DNA of 64,000 nucleotides from Chrysemys picta bellii (GCF_011386835.1 NC_088792.1:167834001-167898000), one strand, 5' to 3'; shown: positions 11,601 to 25,282, counted from the stretch's first letter. Notes: generated from the letters alone by a model not told the origin. Made by a program: numbers and translations.

Positions 11601-14174
11601 GCAAGCACAAGGCGTCACAAGGGCAAATGTTGATAGCACCTACTCTTGCTCCAAGCATTCCAGCATCACTCTTTCAAACACATCCAACAAAGTGGTGCTC
11701 TCTCTTAAGTTGCCTCTGGCTGCTTCAGTTAATGCTCTGTTAGCCTCATTACAGAGCACTCTATTCTGAAACATGCATTGAAGCACAGAGCATAGCCAGT
11801 TTTCCTCTAGCCACACCTTTTCCTTTGGCCCTTCCTGCTTTCTTAGTGCTGCACATGGCCAGAATGCAGCTGAGGCCCTGGACTGTTCTCACTACATTAT
11901 GCCCACGGGCAAGGTAACAGTGCTGCTATTTTGCCCATCTTTTCCTACCAAGCAGTTCACTTTACACCTTTTCGTTCACTGGCTTGGTACACAACAGAAT
12001 AAACCATTTGGGTCATATCATTTCATTGCTAAGTAACCATAATTGATCCGGAATAAGTAGCAGATCATTTTAAATAAGTGAAAAAGTATGTACCAAACCA
12101 CCAGTCGTATACGTGTTATCTAACCACACTTCAGCCTTATTTCACTAATTTTGCTATTGTTATTCTGCTTACAGGGACAAGTCCTGCCCTTGTTAGATTA
12201 GCATGGCACCATTTCAGTACCTCTTCCTTCCCTCCCTGCCCTCTACCGCCAGTACCCAGCCTTTAGGCACTTCCACCTGTCCATAAATTGTCAGGTGGCA
12301 GAGAGTCATCGTGGCAGTTCTTACACCGCTCTCCTTCTCTGCAGTCAATGCAGGGAGATGAAGGCATGGTATAAAAGTGTCCTTTTACCCTCATGTACCA
12401 CAGCTGCCTTGAGGCTACTCTAAGTTTTGATCTGGCTGTGAGAGACAGATCCATGAACCGGGGTCCATTAAAATGGCTCAGCCACTTTTGCACCCAGTCC
12501 ATCCTCCACAGGCTGTGTCCCCTGCTCTTCAGCCACTGCTCTGAATGCATCAGCATCCCATAGTGTTTATTTCATGACAGCATGCTTACTTTGTTAAAAG
12601 AAAATGGCCATTGAAATCCTTGGGAATTTTATACAATTAAAATAAGCGGAATGGATCCCCCTTCCGCCCCCCCCACACACATAGGGGATATATACTATGT
12701 TGTATATTGACTCCACTACTCCAAATGATGGACAGATAGATGGCATCTCTTATTGCCTAAAAATAAGGATCTAAAAAACATGATGTTTCAAAATGGGCCC
12801 CTGTTATTTCTATTCTTCTATTACACTTTCATTAAATCACCATTCAGTAATTTAATACATTGATTGGCTTTCCAGGCCCATGGGGAAAATGTTGCATTTC
12901 TGTCAGTCACTGCAATGTCTTTTAATGAATATGTAAAACTGTGAATGTGAAGTACATTCCGAAATACTCAGAATTTTATTTACCCCCCCCCCCCATCTTT
13001 TCCTACTTATCTGGAATGACAGTGACAAGTTATTGATCACCCTGTTAATCTCCCATGCAGATAGTGGGCTGGGTGGCAGGGTGTCAAATTTTCTGAGTGG
13101 ATGAGTGATTGGATCCTTCCCTTTTGAAAAAAATGAACCCAAAAAGATACACAATTCATTGTTTTCAAAGTTGCTGGAAAAGTCTAAATAATCACTCATT
13201 TTCCTATGTATTTATAGATTCTATCTGTAGATTGAGCTGAAAGAAAGACTTATTGGTGCTGTGAAATACATATTTCAATACAAATATGCCAAAAAACAAA
13301 AATCAAAGGTGCGGATGGCTGTTTGTGGCAGTCATAACACCTGAGAGCGATCTTGATGTATCTTTTTATGTACAGAATAAAATGATCACAAAGGTTTAGA
13401 GAAATCTTCAAGAAAGCTAATGTAATAACTCTGATGTGCAGTACACACACAATAATGCAGCCATGTAACTTTTTTTTGCCATTTCTCCTGGTGTGCATAA
13501 TTATTTTTAATGAGTGAGAAAAATATTTCTCCTTCGCTCCACCCCACCCCCTGCCATCATCAAATGGGTAGACAAGGAGATGGGACAAGTTAAATGATAA
13601 TCCTGTAAAGACAGGATAAATAGACAGTTGAACTCTCTCTCATCCAACACCTCGTTATCCAAATTTAGTTTGTTCTTGGATATTCATCAGCTACATGAAA
13701 ACCTGCCTTTCTTATCCACACCTAATGAATAAAAAAAAAAAAATCAGTTATTCCTTTTAACCGAATGAAAAAGCATATACAAAACACCCTCCAGATATAT
13801 ATGATCTGTCAATACTCAGCCTTATTCAATTTCATTGTTGTTGATCTACCTACAAAGCCTTGTGTTATGGCAGCTTTGCATTGCTCCCGCATCACAGAAC
13901 CGGATAATGCAGCTTTGAAGGTTTATCAGAACTGATAAAGAGGATGTAGTTTTTCCATACAACCTGTAAAGACTATGGAACCCATTGCTGCAGGATGTCG
14001 CCGAGACCATGAACTTAGCAAAATTCAAAGAGGGATTGGACATGTACATGGATAGCAAATATAATCAGATGTAATAGGGAATATTAGAAAAAGAAACATT
14101 GGAAGGGATATCAAACCTCATGCTTCAAGCCCATTTCTGTTATGGTTAGGATGAAACCTACATGGAGATAGAGG

Positions 14175-14425
14175 CTGGGGCGGCTCTATGTATTTTGCCG
14201 CCACAAGCATGGCAGTCAGGCGGCCTTCGGATTCGGCGGCATGTCTGCAGGAGATCCGCTGGTCCCGCGCCTTCGGCGTACCCGCTGCCGAATTGCCGCT
14301 GAAACAGTGGGACCAGCGGACCTCCCGCAACATGCCGCCAAAGGCAGCCTGACTGCTGCCCTCACGGCGACCGGCAGGCTGCCCCAGGCACGTGCTTGGT
14401 GCGTTGGTGCCAGGAGCCGCCCCTG
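14175..14425. mobile_element. GC-rich hAT MITE
   Basis: TIRs ctggggcggctc / gagccgcccctg; perfect 8-bp TSD GATAGAGG (14167-14174, 14426-14433). Confidence 0.9.
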
Positions 14426-14462
14426 GATAGAGGAGAGGGGTTTCTTGGCTCTTCTTCTAAAT

Positions 14463-14927
14463 CAGCAGTTCTCACATTATGGGGCAGGCCTCGAGGTCTG
14501 GGAATGTAGTAAGGAAGGCATGAGCTGTGTGCCTTCTCTTCTTTTTTTTTTTTTTTTAAATAAATGTTAAGAGCTCTGGCTGTCAGCCCCTTGTGGCTGG
14601 GGCTCATGCATAAGGACTGTACACACCCAGGAGGCAGGGAAAAAAGGGACAATGTGAGCCCTGCCAACCAGGTTCACCAACCCCATCCCCAAATCCCTCC
14701 CCGGGACACAGCCCAGGATATTGACAAATATCACTTTTCATATTGCCTTTCTGAATTCTGCGCTGCTGCGGTGCTGTCTTCGGAGCTCGGGCCTGGCCAG
14801 CAGCCACCGCTCTCCACTCTGCCTTCAGAGCTGGGTAGCAATATATGTTACTTGTGAGGGGAAAGGGCTGTAAACAACTACAGACACACAGAAGGGGCAC
14901 CTGATCAAATAAGGTTGAGAGCCACTG
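14463..14927. mobile_element. hAT (Charlie-like) MITE
   Basis: Termini cagcagttctca / tgagagccactg; TSD ttctaaat vs ctctaaat (7/8). Confidence 0.75.
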
Positions 14928-17900
14928 CTCTAAATCATTGATGCTAGCCACTGTCACAGACAGGACACAGGATTAGATGGACCACAGATTCACCTATTTC
15001 CATGTTATTTATGTACAATGCCCAGCACAATGAGGCCCAAACCCTGACTCAGGCTGATCACTGCTGTAATAGAAATAAGCAATAATGTCCTGAGTGTGTC
15101 AGTGGGGGACTAGGGCTGAATCTCCCACACACCAGCGAGAACAGAGGAAAGCATTGCAGGGACAGCTCACTGCAACAAGCTGACATGCAGCAAATGCCAC
15201 TGCACAGCATGCTTCCCCTAGTTCTCCTGGAGGAGTCTTGCCTTTAAAAAGCATATTGCCTCCAAGCACTTGGCCAATGCAGCTCCTCTCCATCTGCAGT
15301 GCAGCTCTGTCTCATAAGAGGCATAATTGACCCCTTTGCTTTTTTTCTTCTAGCTGGTTTATGTTTTTGCAAGTCAAACAAATAGGAAAATTAATGACAG
15401 AACATGAGTGTACCACAAAATAATACTACTCAATGACTGCTGTGCCTTTGGCTCCAATTAACCTCAGTGTTCTTTAGAGGTTGCAGCCAGCTGCATCAAT
15501 CATGGTTTCTTCAGCTGAAGAAAAAAAAAATCCATCATTACTGCAGCCACACACAGATATGTACATTATTCCCCTAAAGTATCATAATCCTCCACTTACC
15601 AAAAAGGAGTTGTGATAGCTGGGAGGGGATGAAGCTCAATTTTCCTTCACATCTGCTTGATTCTTTGGTATAATCAGCACTGCATGTGCCAGGCAAGGTC
15701 ACGAACGGTGGCAATGTTCATCACAACATGCAATCTCCCAGTTCTAGGGCCATTAAATACTCAGCAACTGCTCACTCTCCAGCCCACTGTTTTTAATCTG
15801 CTAGAGCCCTTCAGAACAGGAACAGGAGAGCTCTGCTCACAGACTTGTTTCCAAGATTACTGTCATAGACCACACTTGGAGAGGGAGTCAGCTGCGAGCT
15901 GCCATTCCATTTGTTTCCATGGAATAAGAAAAAGAACATCACAGTGGGATTTAATTTCAGGTTTGCTGCCCAACACCTGCATCTAGGAAGAGGTCCTGAT
16001 GTAACTCACATTACAGTCTAGCAACACTGCCCTCTGTTACTGCCATTGCCTTGCTCCAGATGGTTTCTAAAAACCTGGAGTGAGGATGGAATCAGTGTTG
16101 TAAACAGCATAGCTTATTCTGTTTTTCTTTTTTGGTTAAAAATAACACCTTATCAAATCTGTATGTTCAGTGTCCTCAGTTCTGAAATAGTTTATCTGCA
16201 TACCTTTATGAACAATTATAACTTTGGTTGTCTGAAAGACAGTTTGCTTAAACTGCATCGTTTCAAAGTTTTTGACTTGGTTCAAACCAGAAGGTCAAGG
16301 CAAAACCCACATGACGTAAGGGAAAATTCCCACAAAATCCTGGGACTCAATCCAGCCAAGTTTCACACCACTAGTTGTGATGGAGCTGCTTCTTCTTTTA
16401 AGCCATATTGCAGGACAATTGGATTTATGGAGGGGAGGAAAGGGTTCTTTCAAGAGGGACTAGGATTTGCTGCCTACATATTCCCTCCCAAACATCACAA
16501 GTGTAGATGATCAGAGATAAATCTGAGCAACTGATATTTTGTACTGTAAAATCATTTACTGGAGTGATTTATTTGGGGGCACCTAAACCAAAAATGAGGG
16601 CCATCCTGCAATTTTCAGGATAAACAGCAATCCTCATTCACAGTCTTCAGTATCTGAATAAAATGCAGAATGGGTATTTGGCCATACATAAAATAAACTC
16701 ATTTTAAAAATGTGGCCATTCATTTCAAGGAGTGAGAGATAAGATTGCTAATCACTTGCAATCCCCACTGCTTGTATGTGTGGGCGGGGGGGGGGGGGGA
16801 AAGGGGAGGAAAACAAACAAAATTCTTTCCACCAGTGTCATGTCATCTCCTCACTCATTCATTGGATGAGGAGTAGATTCTCCTCTGTTATGATCTTCAG
16901 AGAAGAGAGATTTGTACCAACGGAGACTTCGGTTCAGCAATGCACTCAAGCATGTGCTTAAATTTAGGCATACCCATTGACACCAGCAGGACTACTCATC
17001 TATTTCAGGTTAAGTAGGTGCTTAAGTGCTTTGTTAAATCAGCACCTTAGACACCTCTGAAAATACTAGTAGAAGAGTGTGCATGCAAATAACAAGCCAG
17101 CATCACTCAGTCCTATTGCATCTGTTTTGTTCCCTTGCTCTTGCTGTGTACAGCTATGGATTGCAGGCAATCCGTTTGGAGGATTTGCAGGGTCAAAAGA
17201 TTAAAAACAAGGCACAATTTAACAAGCTTCTTTTTTTGTAAATTAAGGAAACACCTAGCTCCCAGGCATCTTTAGGCACTTTTATACCTTGTAAATCTGA
17301 CCCTCTGTACCGCTGTTTCCCCATCTTTAAAATGGGGAGAATACCTAGCTGAAAGGCCTCACTCAGTGCTCTTAACTCCTCAGGTAGAAGGGGATATATT
17401 CACATAGAAGGTAACCATGAAATTTTAATGATGAGCAGACAGAGTGCTGTGCCATCAAACACATTCATTTTCAAGTCTCCCTAGTGTACATGTTATATAC
17501 TGAGAGGGTGCGGAATCCCCTGGGCTCCACACATCTTTGGCATTGTGATTAGCTCCGTCCCTATTTCATTGGTTTCTGTGTGACTGAAGCAAGAGACATG
17601 GTTGTAAGACAACAGGAGGTCTTTTCTTTAAACTAACAGGGCTCATTCTTTCTGATTTGCTATCTTCAAAGAGATGGCAGATTAGATGTACAAATCAACA
17701 CACTACAGATAAAAGATTATACAAAGAAATTGGGGAAATGTACATGTTTGATAAAGTGGTCATTTGTCAATGAGAATATAGAATGCCGCATCTTGTTTAT
17801 CAGACTGCTCCATTAACCTCTAATGGGACCCATCATCTAGCAGTAATTGGACTTTTTATTTTATTATTAGACATTAAGGGCTAGATTGGCACTGTACAAT

Positions 17901-18525
17901 CCACACCTGGTAATCATGAACAGGAACAGAGATTCTCAGATAGTTGGATCCGCATGCTGCATGAGGGATGTAAGATACACCAGCTCTTTTCCTAGGACAA
18001 CTTACTTCCCCCTCTGTGCTGGTTCAGTTTTGCTGGCTAGTGCACTAGTGGTGAGGAACCAAAACTCCATTCACACTCCATCAACTGTTTGGGGGGGGGG
18101 GGGAAGCAGAGAGGAGTGGGAGTAGCAGCCTGGATCCATGTCAGGAAAAGGACTCCAGGAGCCCCCTTCTTCTGGCTGGCAGCACCCTGCAGCAGGAGCC
18201 TCTCTCTGCAGCAGGAAAGACTTTGCTTTGCACTGCTGAACGTAGATAGACATACCCTACATGCTACTACAAAAGGCATGCAATGTAGCTGTAGCCTTAA
18301 ACAGAACTAATCTGCTGGATAAGCAGAGCCAAATTAGAGAAGAAATATATATTAGAAATGAAAATGTTAACTTGATACCTAGCAACACAAGATGCAATGA
18401 AGCCCCTTAGTTTTTTTATGATGTATTTGTACATCTCCGAGCACAACAGGGTCCTATTCCATGACTGGGGCTACTGCAGTACAAATAATAAATAGTGACA
18501 ACAGTGAACAAAAGAGAACGTCTTA

Positions 18526-18875
18526 GGCCTGGTCTACACTAACCCCCCATGAGTTGCAAATGAGGTCACTGCAAGGAGTTTACATCCTTTAGATAAGTAC
18601 TCTGGTGAAGTTTTGACATCCTTTGAAAAATCACCTTGGCAAGGTGAATTCAGCTTCAGCTGAAGTCGACGTACCTTAGTTTGAACTTACCACGGTCCAG
18701 ACGCGGCAGGCAGGCTCCCCCGTCGACTCCGCGTACTCCTCACGCTGAGCAGGATTACCAGAGTCGACGGGGAGCACTTCTGGGTTTGATTTATCGCGTC
18801 CAGACAAGACGCGATAAATCAAACCCTGAAGTTCGATTGCCTGCCGCCGAACCAGCGCGTAAGTATAGACAAGTC
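18526..18875. mobile_element. PIF/Harbinger-like MITE carrying an 88-bp foreign insert
   Basis: Starts tta|ggcctggtctacact and ends gtatagacaagtc; CpG-rich with internal hairpin (gggtttgatttatcgcgtc...gacgcgataaatcaaaccc). Confidence 0.8.
18556..18643 (-). repeat. 88-bp inverted copy of 20120-20207
   Basis: 88/88 identical to the reverse complement of 20120-20207 by manual comparison. Confidence 0.97.
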
Positions 18876-19259
18876 ACTGATGTTCCCTGAGAGGAAGTAT
18901 AATCTAGCAGAGAAAGATGAGGAACATCTCCCCCCTCTCCAGGAGGAAGCAAGATAGTCTAGGAACCAGAGGTTCTTCCCCCACACACACACCCGAAGAG
19001 ATGCAGAAGAGCAAAACAGGGAGCAGAGGTGCAGAAAATGTTAGTTTCTCACACACACACTTTGCATGGAGTAAAAGCGTGCAGGAGCTTCCAGTAGTAG
19101 ATGTCAGTGCTATTTGGTGAGTTCAATGTGGCCTGTGATGGCAATGGTTCAAAGTCAGCAAATTCAGACCCTGAATCAGACCCTCTCAAGACTTGTTGCA
19201 CCAGCTGATACAAGTCTTTAAGCATCACTTTTCAATTCTACGCCTCTCTTCTCCGCTCC

Positions 19260-19385
19260 TAGCCTCGGTCACCTTGGGCCAGTCACTTCCTTCCACGTGC
19301 CTCAGTTTTCCCACTGGTAAAATGGGGAAAATTGTACTGACTTCCTACTGATGAAAAGTGCTATATAAGAGCTAGGTATTATTAC
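19260..19385 (+). mobile_element. MIR-like (CORE) SINE fragment
   Basis: gtcaccttgggccagtcacttcc...gtgcctcagttttcccactggtaaaatgggg core motif. Confidence 0.6.
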
Positions 19386-22300
19386 CCTCAGTCATCAACA
19401 TATTAAGACATGCAGTAACCATGCAAATTAGCCAAGTTAATGCAATAACTTTTTTTTCCTGCTGTATTCGCTCTTGATAGGATGAGTTGAAAACTAACTA
19501 CTAAAACTTGTTCCCAGACCTCTGCCAAATTGTATTATCAATTATGCTTGGGAGAAAAAAGGAGCTAGATTTACCTACATAGTGTCAGCAGATGCAAATC
19601 CATTGATTTAAATGAAGCTGCATCCATTTCAGCTAGTGGTGAGAATTTGTTGCAACCCAGTGCCAAGGTGGTGTGTGCACCATAAGAAATAAAAGGTGGG
19701 AGGAAGAAGTAGGAAGGGGAAAATGAATAATTGTTAAGTGAAAATTGTTCAAGAGCCCAATCATGCTCCTAACAAAGTCAATGGTGAAAAATCCATTTGA
19801 TTTCAGTAGCCGCAGGATCAGGGCCAAAACTGCAAAATATTTCATTGCCTTTAAGAGACTATTACTGAAATTATATGGTATGACAAACACAAAAGCTGTA
19901 GAAAAAGCTCTTGACATAAATGTCCCTTTAAAAAACAAACATTGTTTAATTATCCTTAATCCAGTGTGTAATGTTTAATATGGCAAGAGAGATTCTGTTC
20001 CATTTGTCCTCAGTATGGTTGGCATGGAGCCAAAATACTGTTACTTTAAAGGCGCATTAAAACAAGCTCAAAACCTGTAGTGGAAAGTCCATTTCTTTTT
20101 GCAGCAATTTAAAATGGATCTTGCCAAGGTGATTTTTCAAAGGATGTCAAAACTTCACCAGAGTACTTATCTAAAGGATGTAAACTCCTTGCAGTGACCT
20201 CATTTGCCAGAGCTCTGTGGCATGCAGGGCCTCCATAAAATTGTCATTTTCAGAGAAATAAACAGGTGCAAAGGTCTGGAATGGATCCTCAAATTCTGCC
20301 CAGCTCCTAAGCATTTGAACCACAACAACGTTCCTTGGGTTTAGAATAAGGAGTAGGAGGGACTCCTTAAACAGCACAGAGTCGAGGAGATGGTTGGTGA
20401 GAGGAGTCAGTGTAGAGATCCGGAAGACAGCCTGGGATTGAGGGCGGTTTGTGAGAGTGAGAACAGGACTGAGGGTAGAGCAGCAGAAAGGAGAAGATCA
20501 GATGGAACAAAACCTATGGTAATCACAGGGGCAAAGGAAAAAATAAGGGAGCCAGCATTGGACTGAAGGTGTCTGGTGGACCGGAGAGTTTGTGTGCACA
20601 TGAGCAAGGGAAGGTTGTCATAAATTAAAAAACAAAACAAAAAAAAACCCCCACAACTGCAGTGCCAGCAATTCACTTTAACCTTTTCATCTGAGCAGTT
20701 TCAGAGTGACAATAAAGTGGACTCTTGAATCCTAGTGTTAAGCAAACCAATCTCTCTAGGAAGCTATTTTCTCAACTCAGAAGGAATGATAGTAACTCTT
20801 CTCTATCTGTCATGTGTCCCCCTTTAATTGCCTTTGCTCCTTTTGGGTAGGTAGTTAGCAAATATTCTTTTCTATTGTTCTTCTAGAGGTCAGCTGAATT
20901 TTCCTAACTTTCTCACCCGTATTATGGTCCATCACACAGCTCCTTCCTTCTGCCCTTCCATTTTTATCAATTCCTCTGAAGTCCCGCACATAAACATAGT
21001 GTGGACCACCCCCAAAAACATCAGGCCCCAAAAATCATGAGACTTGCTTTAAAAGTCATGAGAATTTTTTAAGACATTTTGAATTCTTTAATTGCCTTCT
21101 GTTTTTTGAAACTTTCGAATGTCCTCAGGTCACACTTTCAAGCTTTCCCCTGCGATCAGTGAGCTAGAAAGTGGCTTTTTTATTTCTTGAATGAAAGCTG
21201 AGATTGTCACATAATCACTTGTCTCCAGGATCTGAGGCTTTAAAAGAAATCCAAAACCATTTTATTGTGATTCTCATCAGACAGAGACACACTTTTAAAG
21301 AGGCAGCAGTCCTTTATTCCTAAGGCTAACTACGCTTTTAAGATATTTGTACAGTAGAGGTCTATTATCTTGAAGCAGGATCTTCTCCTTAATTTGTGTT
21401 CATTCACAACCAGCAGAGAGAATGAAAACTGTGGCAGTGAAGCAAACATTGCAGGATTTCGCCCGCACGCTGCAGCTTAGCAAAGGTTATTTGTGTAGTG
21501 ACATCTCTTCCTTTACTGAGCACATCTACAGCAGTCATTGAATCTGAATGTTTCTTTTATGCCACCTTGTATTGTTGAATTAGAGAAATCTGCATATAGC
21601 CCATGTCTAATTATGTGACCATAAAGCCTGATAACTCTGATCCAATCAATCGTCCGCTAGAAAGTCACCAACAAAGAAAGGGAAACAATAGCAAAGAGTA
21701 ATGTGCCTGCAACTATTTATTAGTTACAATCTTTTTCTAAAAGATTTTTTCATTAAGGTTTAGTGCAGTTTGGTGGGGGTGGGTGGGAAGGGGAGATCAA
21801 TCCTATAAATAAAAGGTTTACGGCTAGCGTAAGATTTACAGATAGCAGTTAGAGACCTTTTTTATTAAAAATAAATAAATCTGAAAATATTTATCCTACC
21901 CCCATGAGATTTATTCTTCCCTGGGAGAGTGAAACAGTGATTTCAAGTGCAGCTTTAAGTCATCCAGAAAAAAAAAAAAAAAAAAAAACACAAACACAAT
22001 GGTCCAAATTATGCCTGACTCTGTACATCTGCATGAGGGGGTAGAAAGGAGGCACCAGGAGTCTCACCACCCCGCTGGTTAGAGACTGGGACTCAGGCTC
22101 TGCGCCTTACTAGTACCGCTGCCAAGGCTACCCACTAGGAAGGGATGAGGAGCAGGATGTGGCTGTGTCCCAGCTGGCAAGCTGGTCAGGTCTGAGGAGT
22201 TTATGCTGCACCCATGACAATCGGTGATGGAGCTGCTTCTGCAACATGCACACACGGCTAGCTCGACGAGACATTCTTGCTGACTCAGCCATAATTCCCA

Positions 22301-22396
22301 CTGGGCAGTGTTGTGTGGAAAGAAAGCACAATTATCCCCCCCATGAAAATATTTCACTGAAATTTTGGCAATTAAAAATATATATATATATATAAG

Positions 22397-22505
22397 TCAA
22401 TAAGAGTTTTGTCATTGACTTTGATGGAGCACAGACTTCACCACTAGTATTTTTATCGGGTATTGCTGCTTCTAGTAGCTTCCATTCTTTCCCCTGCATC
22501 GGAAC

Positions 22506-22513
<8 letters not shown>
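22397..22513 (-). repeat. 117-bp inverted copy of 23105-23221, bracketed by (TA)n tracts
   Basis: 114/117 identical to the reverse complement of 23105-23221; (TA)n at about 22377-22394 and 22512-22564. Confidence 0.95.

Positions 22514-22564
<51 letters not shown>
22512..22564. repeat. (TA)n microsatellite
   Basis: About 26 TA units read directly. Confidence 0.95.
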
Positions 22565-22566
<2 letters not shown>

Positions 22567-24379
22567 TCACCCGTCCTTCAGGGTTTGCTGCTGCAGTGCA
22601 GTTACCTTGGACTACAAAAACACCCCAGAATTGAACTCACAGCTTGGCATAGAAAGAGGCAGAAATTAATCTGGTCACAATCTCTCAAAGAACATCTTCC
22701 AAATTTCTGAACTTGAATTGTCAGTCTGTTTATTGTTCTAGTTCTCCCCCCCCCCCCCCAAAAAATCCCACTGTTTTAGAAAGAGTACATGTCAGTTAGC
22801 TGTCTCCTTTTCATCCCACTCACCAAACAGTCTTAATAAAAGATTTCCTTGATAAATTGCTCATTGAGCACAAAGGGAAATCTCTTCATTGTGTTACATT
22901 CTCTAACTTTAAGTAGAACAAATTCTGTTATGCTTCATGCTAGACCTTACCCTTTAAGACTCCCCCCAAACCCCAATTTATTGCAAATATATGCAGTAAG
23001 AGATTAGTAACAAATTGACAAGGCTTACACATTTTCTCTAGGAAATCTCTTTATTAACTGGTCTGCCTCTACGAATACAGGGAAAAAATTACTATGTGGG
23101 AAAAAATATTAAGTTCTGATGCTGGGGAAAGAATGGAAGCTACTAGAAGCAGCAATACCCGATAAAAATACTAGTGGTGAAGTCTGTGCTCCATCGAAGT
23201 CAATGACAAAACTCTTATTGATTTCAGTGAGGCCAGGATTTCTCACACGAACTCTAGTGTGAGTGAATAGCATTCAAGAGAAACTCAGAAATTTCAGTTT
23301 GGCTCATGCAATTAAAGAGATTTGGAATTTTTAAAGATAGACAGGTTAGTCTGTCACAATGGGGGAAAAATGACAGATCAGCGTTTTCCCTTTTATGGGG
23401 GAAAAAGAGCAGCTGCATGGAATTCCATTAAACACACCTTTGTAGGTCAAGTTATATTGCTTTTATGGAGTTACTGTTCTAGAGAGCTAGCTACACCTGT
23501 GATTCTAATGGCAAACTATTTGTAGGATTAAATGACATTATGAGTTAGTTTCCCCTTTGATTAAGGATTTGCTTTGCAAGTGACAACTTTATAAACTGGT
23601 GCATTATAGCAGAACACCCTTTACACTAAAGAGTTTCTTAATCCAGAAGAAAGTCCTCCTCATCCAGATTAATGTCGTTGTTCTTTAAGAATAAAAAGCT
23701 CTGTTTACTGGAGTGCAGTTATGCAGGAATAGAATTTCTTTTATTCTGGGCCTCCAAACTGCTTCAGCAATTTCTTTGATCTTGCTTGGCCACCCTGTCT
23801 ATTTTACTGAATTAATTCAGAATCAAAAACATCCCTCCCTTGAGCTAAGAAGGCCAATTTCCCAGTCTTTGGTAGTTTACATGGACTAATGTGCCTCTAA
23901 GTCCTGAGCAGAGAGCAACCACTTGCATCACGTACTTTGAGGACTTACGATAAGCTTCTTCAGATGTCTGAAACATAAGAGTAGAGCTTGTCTTGGAAGT
24001 GCCTAATCCCCAGTTTGCTGCATGTGATGTGCACATAGTTATTTAGCATTAAGAAAGTTGCCATACTACTCAATTTTTCCCATCAAGAACATTCAGCAGG
24101 GAGTCTGGTGTATTAGATTTAAAGAGGCAGGGCTGGATTCTGGTCTCAATTACACAAGGAAAAAATCCATAGTAATTCCACTGAAGTTATTCTCTCTTTG
24201 CTCTGCCCCCAAATTTGCAAATGAGCGTACACACCAAACATATTGCAGATGCTACTGAAAACAAAACAAATAATATTCTGATTACAGCCTAGTAAAACTG
24301 AGATCAGAATCTAGCATAATGTCTGTAATATTAGAAAAACAACCAGGAGTCCTTTTTTTAGCTAGACAAAAGACTATAT

Positions 24380-25270
24380 TTTATATATACACACACACAC
24401 ACAGTATAAGTTTTAAACAAACAAGTTAATACCGTATACAGCAATGATGATTGTGAAGTTTGGTTGAGTGGTGGAGTCAGAGGGTGGAACAGAGTAGGAT
24501 ATTTCCCAGGGAATGCCTTGCTGCTAAATGATGAACTAGCACTCAGCTGAGCCCTCAAGGTTAACACATTGTTAATGTAGTTGCACACTCTACAAGGCAG
24601 CACAAATGGAGGGAGGAGACACAATAGATACATGGCAGTTGCTGCAAATATTCCCTGCAAAAATGAATGTGATGATGAACCCACGCTATCCCAGTGGAGT
24701 GCACCATTCCCTCCACTTTCCAAAGTGCCGGGGGGGGTGCATACGTGTGTGAGACAGAGACACACAGTGTGTGTGTGTGTGAGAGAGAGTGAGAGTGAGA
24801 GTGAGACACACACTGTGTCTGTGTGTGTGTCTCTCTCTCTCTTACACATTGCCCCTTTAAGTACGCTGACCTCACTCTAAGTACACTGCCTTTTTAAGTA
24901 GATCAGCAAGTTGAGATAGCAGCGCTGCCAGCAAGCTCCCTCTGTCCTGAACCCTGTTGTGCCCCCACCCCCTTGCTCTGTGGAGCTGAGGTACAGGAGC
25001 GGGAGAGCGGGATATCCTGATATCAGCACCCCTCTTCTCCCCCCACACACACCTACACAGCAAGTAGGAGGCTCCCAGGAGCAGCACATGGCAGTGGGAG
25101 GAGGAACACCTGACCTGCCTGGCAATTGATAACTTGCTGGGGGCTGCCACACAGGGAACGTGAAGCTGATAGTCCACCCTGGTCCCAAGAAGAATCAAAC
25201 TGTTAACGAGGGCCTGGTCCTGCATCAAAGCAAATAAGAACTTTCCATTGGGCTTCAAAGGGCACGATCC
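24380..25270. mobile_element. Non-autonomous DNA transposon fragment (Tigger/mariner-like turtle family) with (TG)/(GA) microsatellites
   Basis: Recognised from recall of a common turtle repeat (cagtataagttttaaacaaac...gaatgccttgctgctaaatgatgaactagca); TIRs not seen. Confidence 0.5.
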
Positions 25271-25282
25271 TCTGCCTAATCT

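Larger units (their letters stand above)
13930..15012 (+). mobile_element. CR1 LINE 3' fragment interrupted by two hAT MITEs
   Basis: Encodes a CR1 ORF2 C-terminus-like WNPLLQDVAETMNLAKFKEGLDMYMD; CR1-type 3' tail (ccactgtcacagacaggacacaggattagatggacc) resumes after 14927. Confidence 0.75.

Noticed and set aside
16046-16510. 154-aa plus-strand ORF (TTG start)
   Set aside because: No recognisable homology or coding-like composition.
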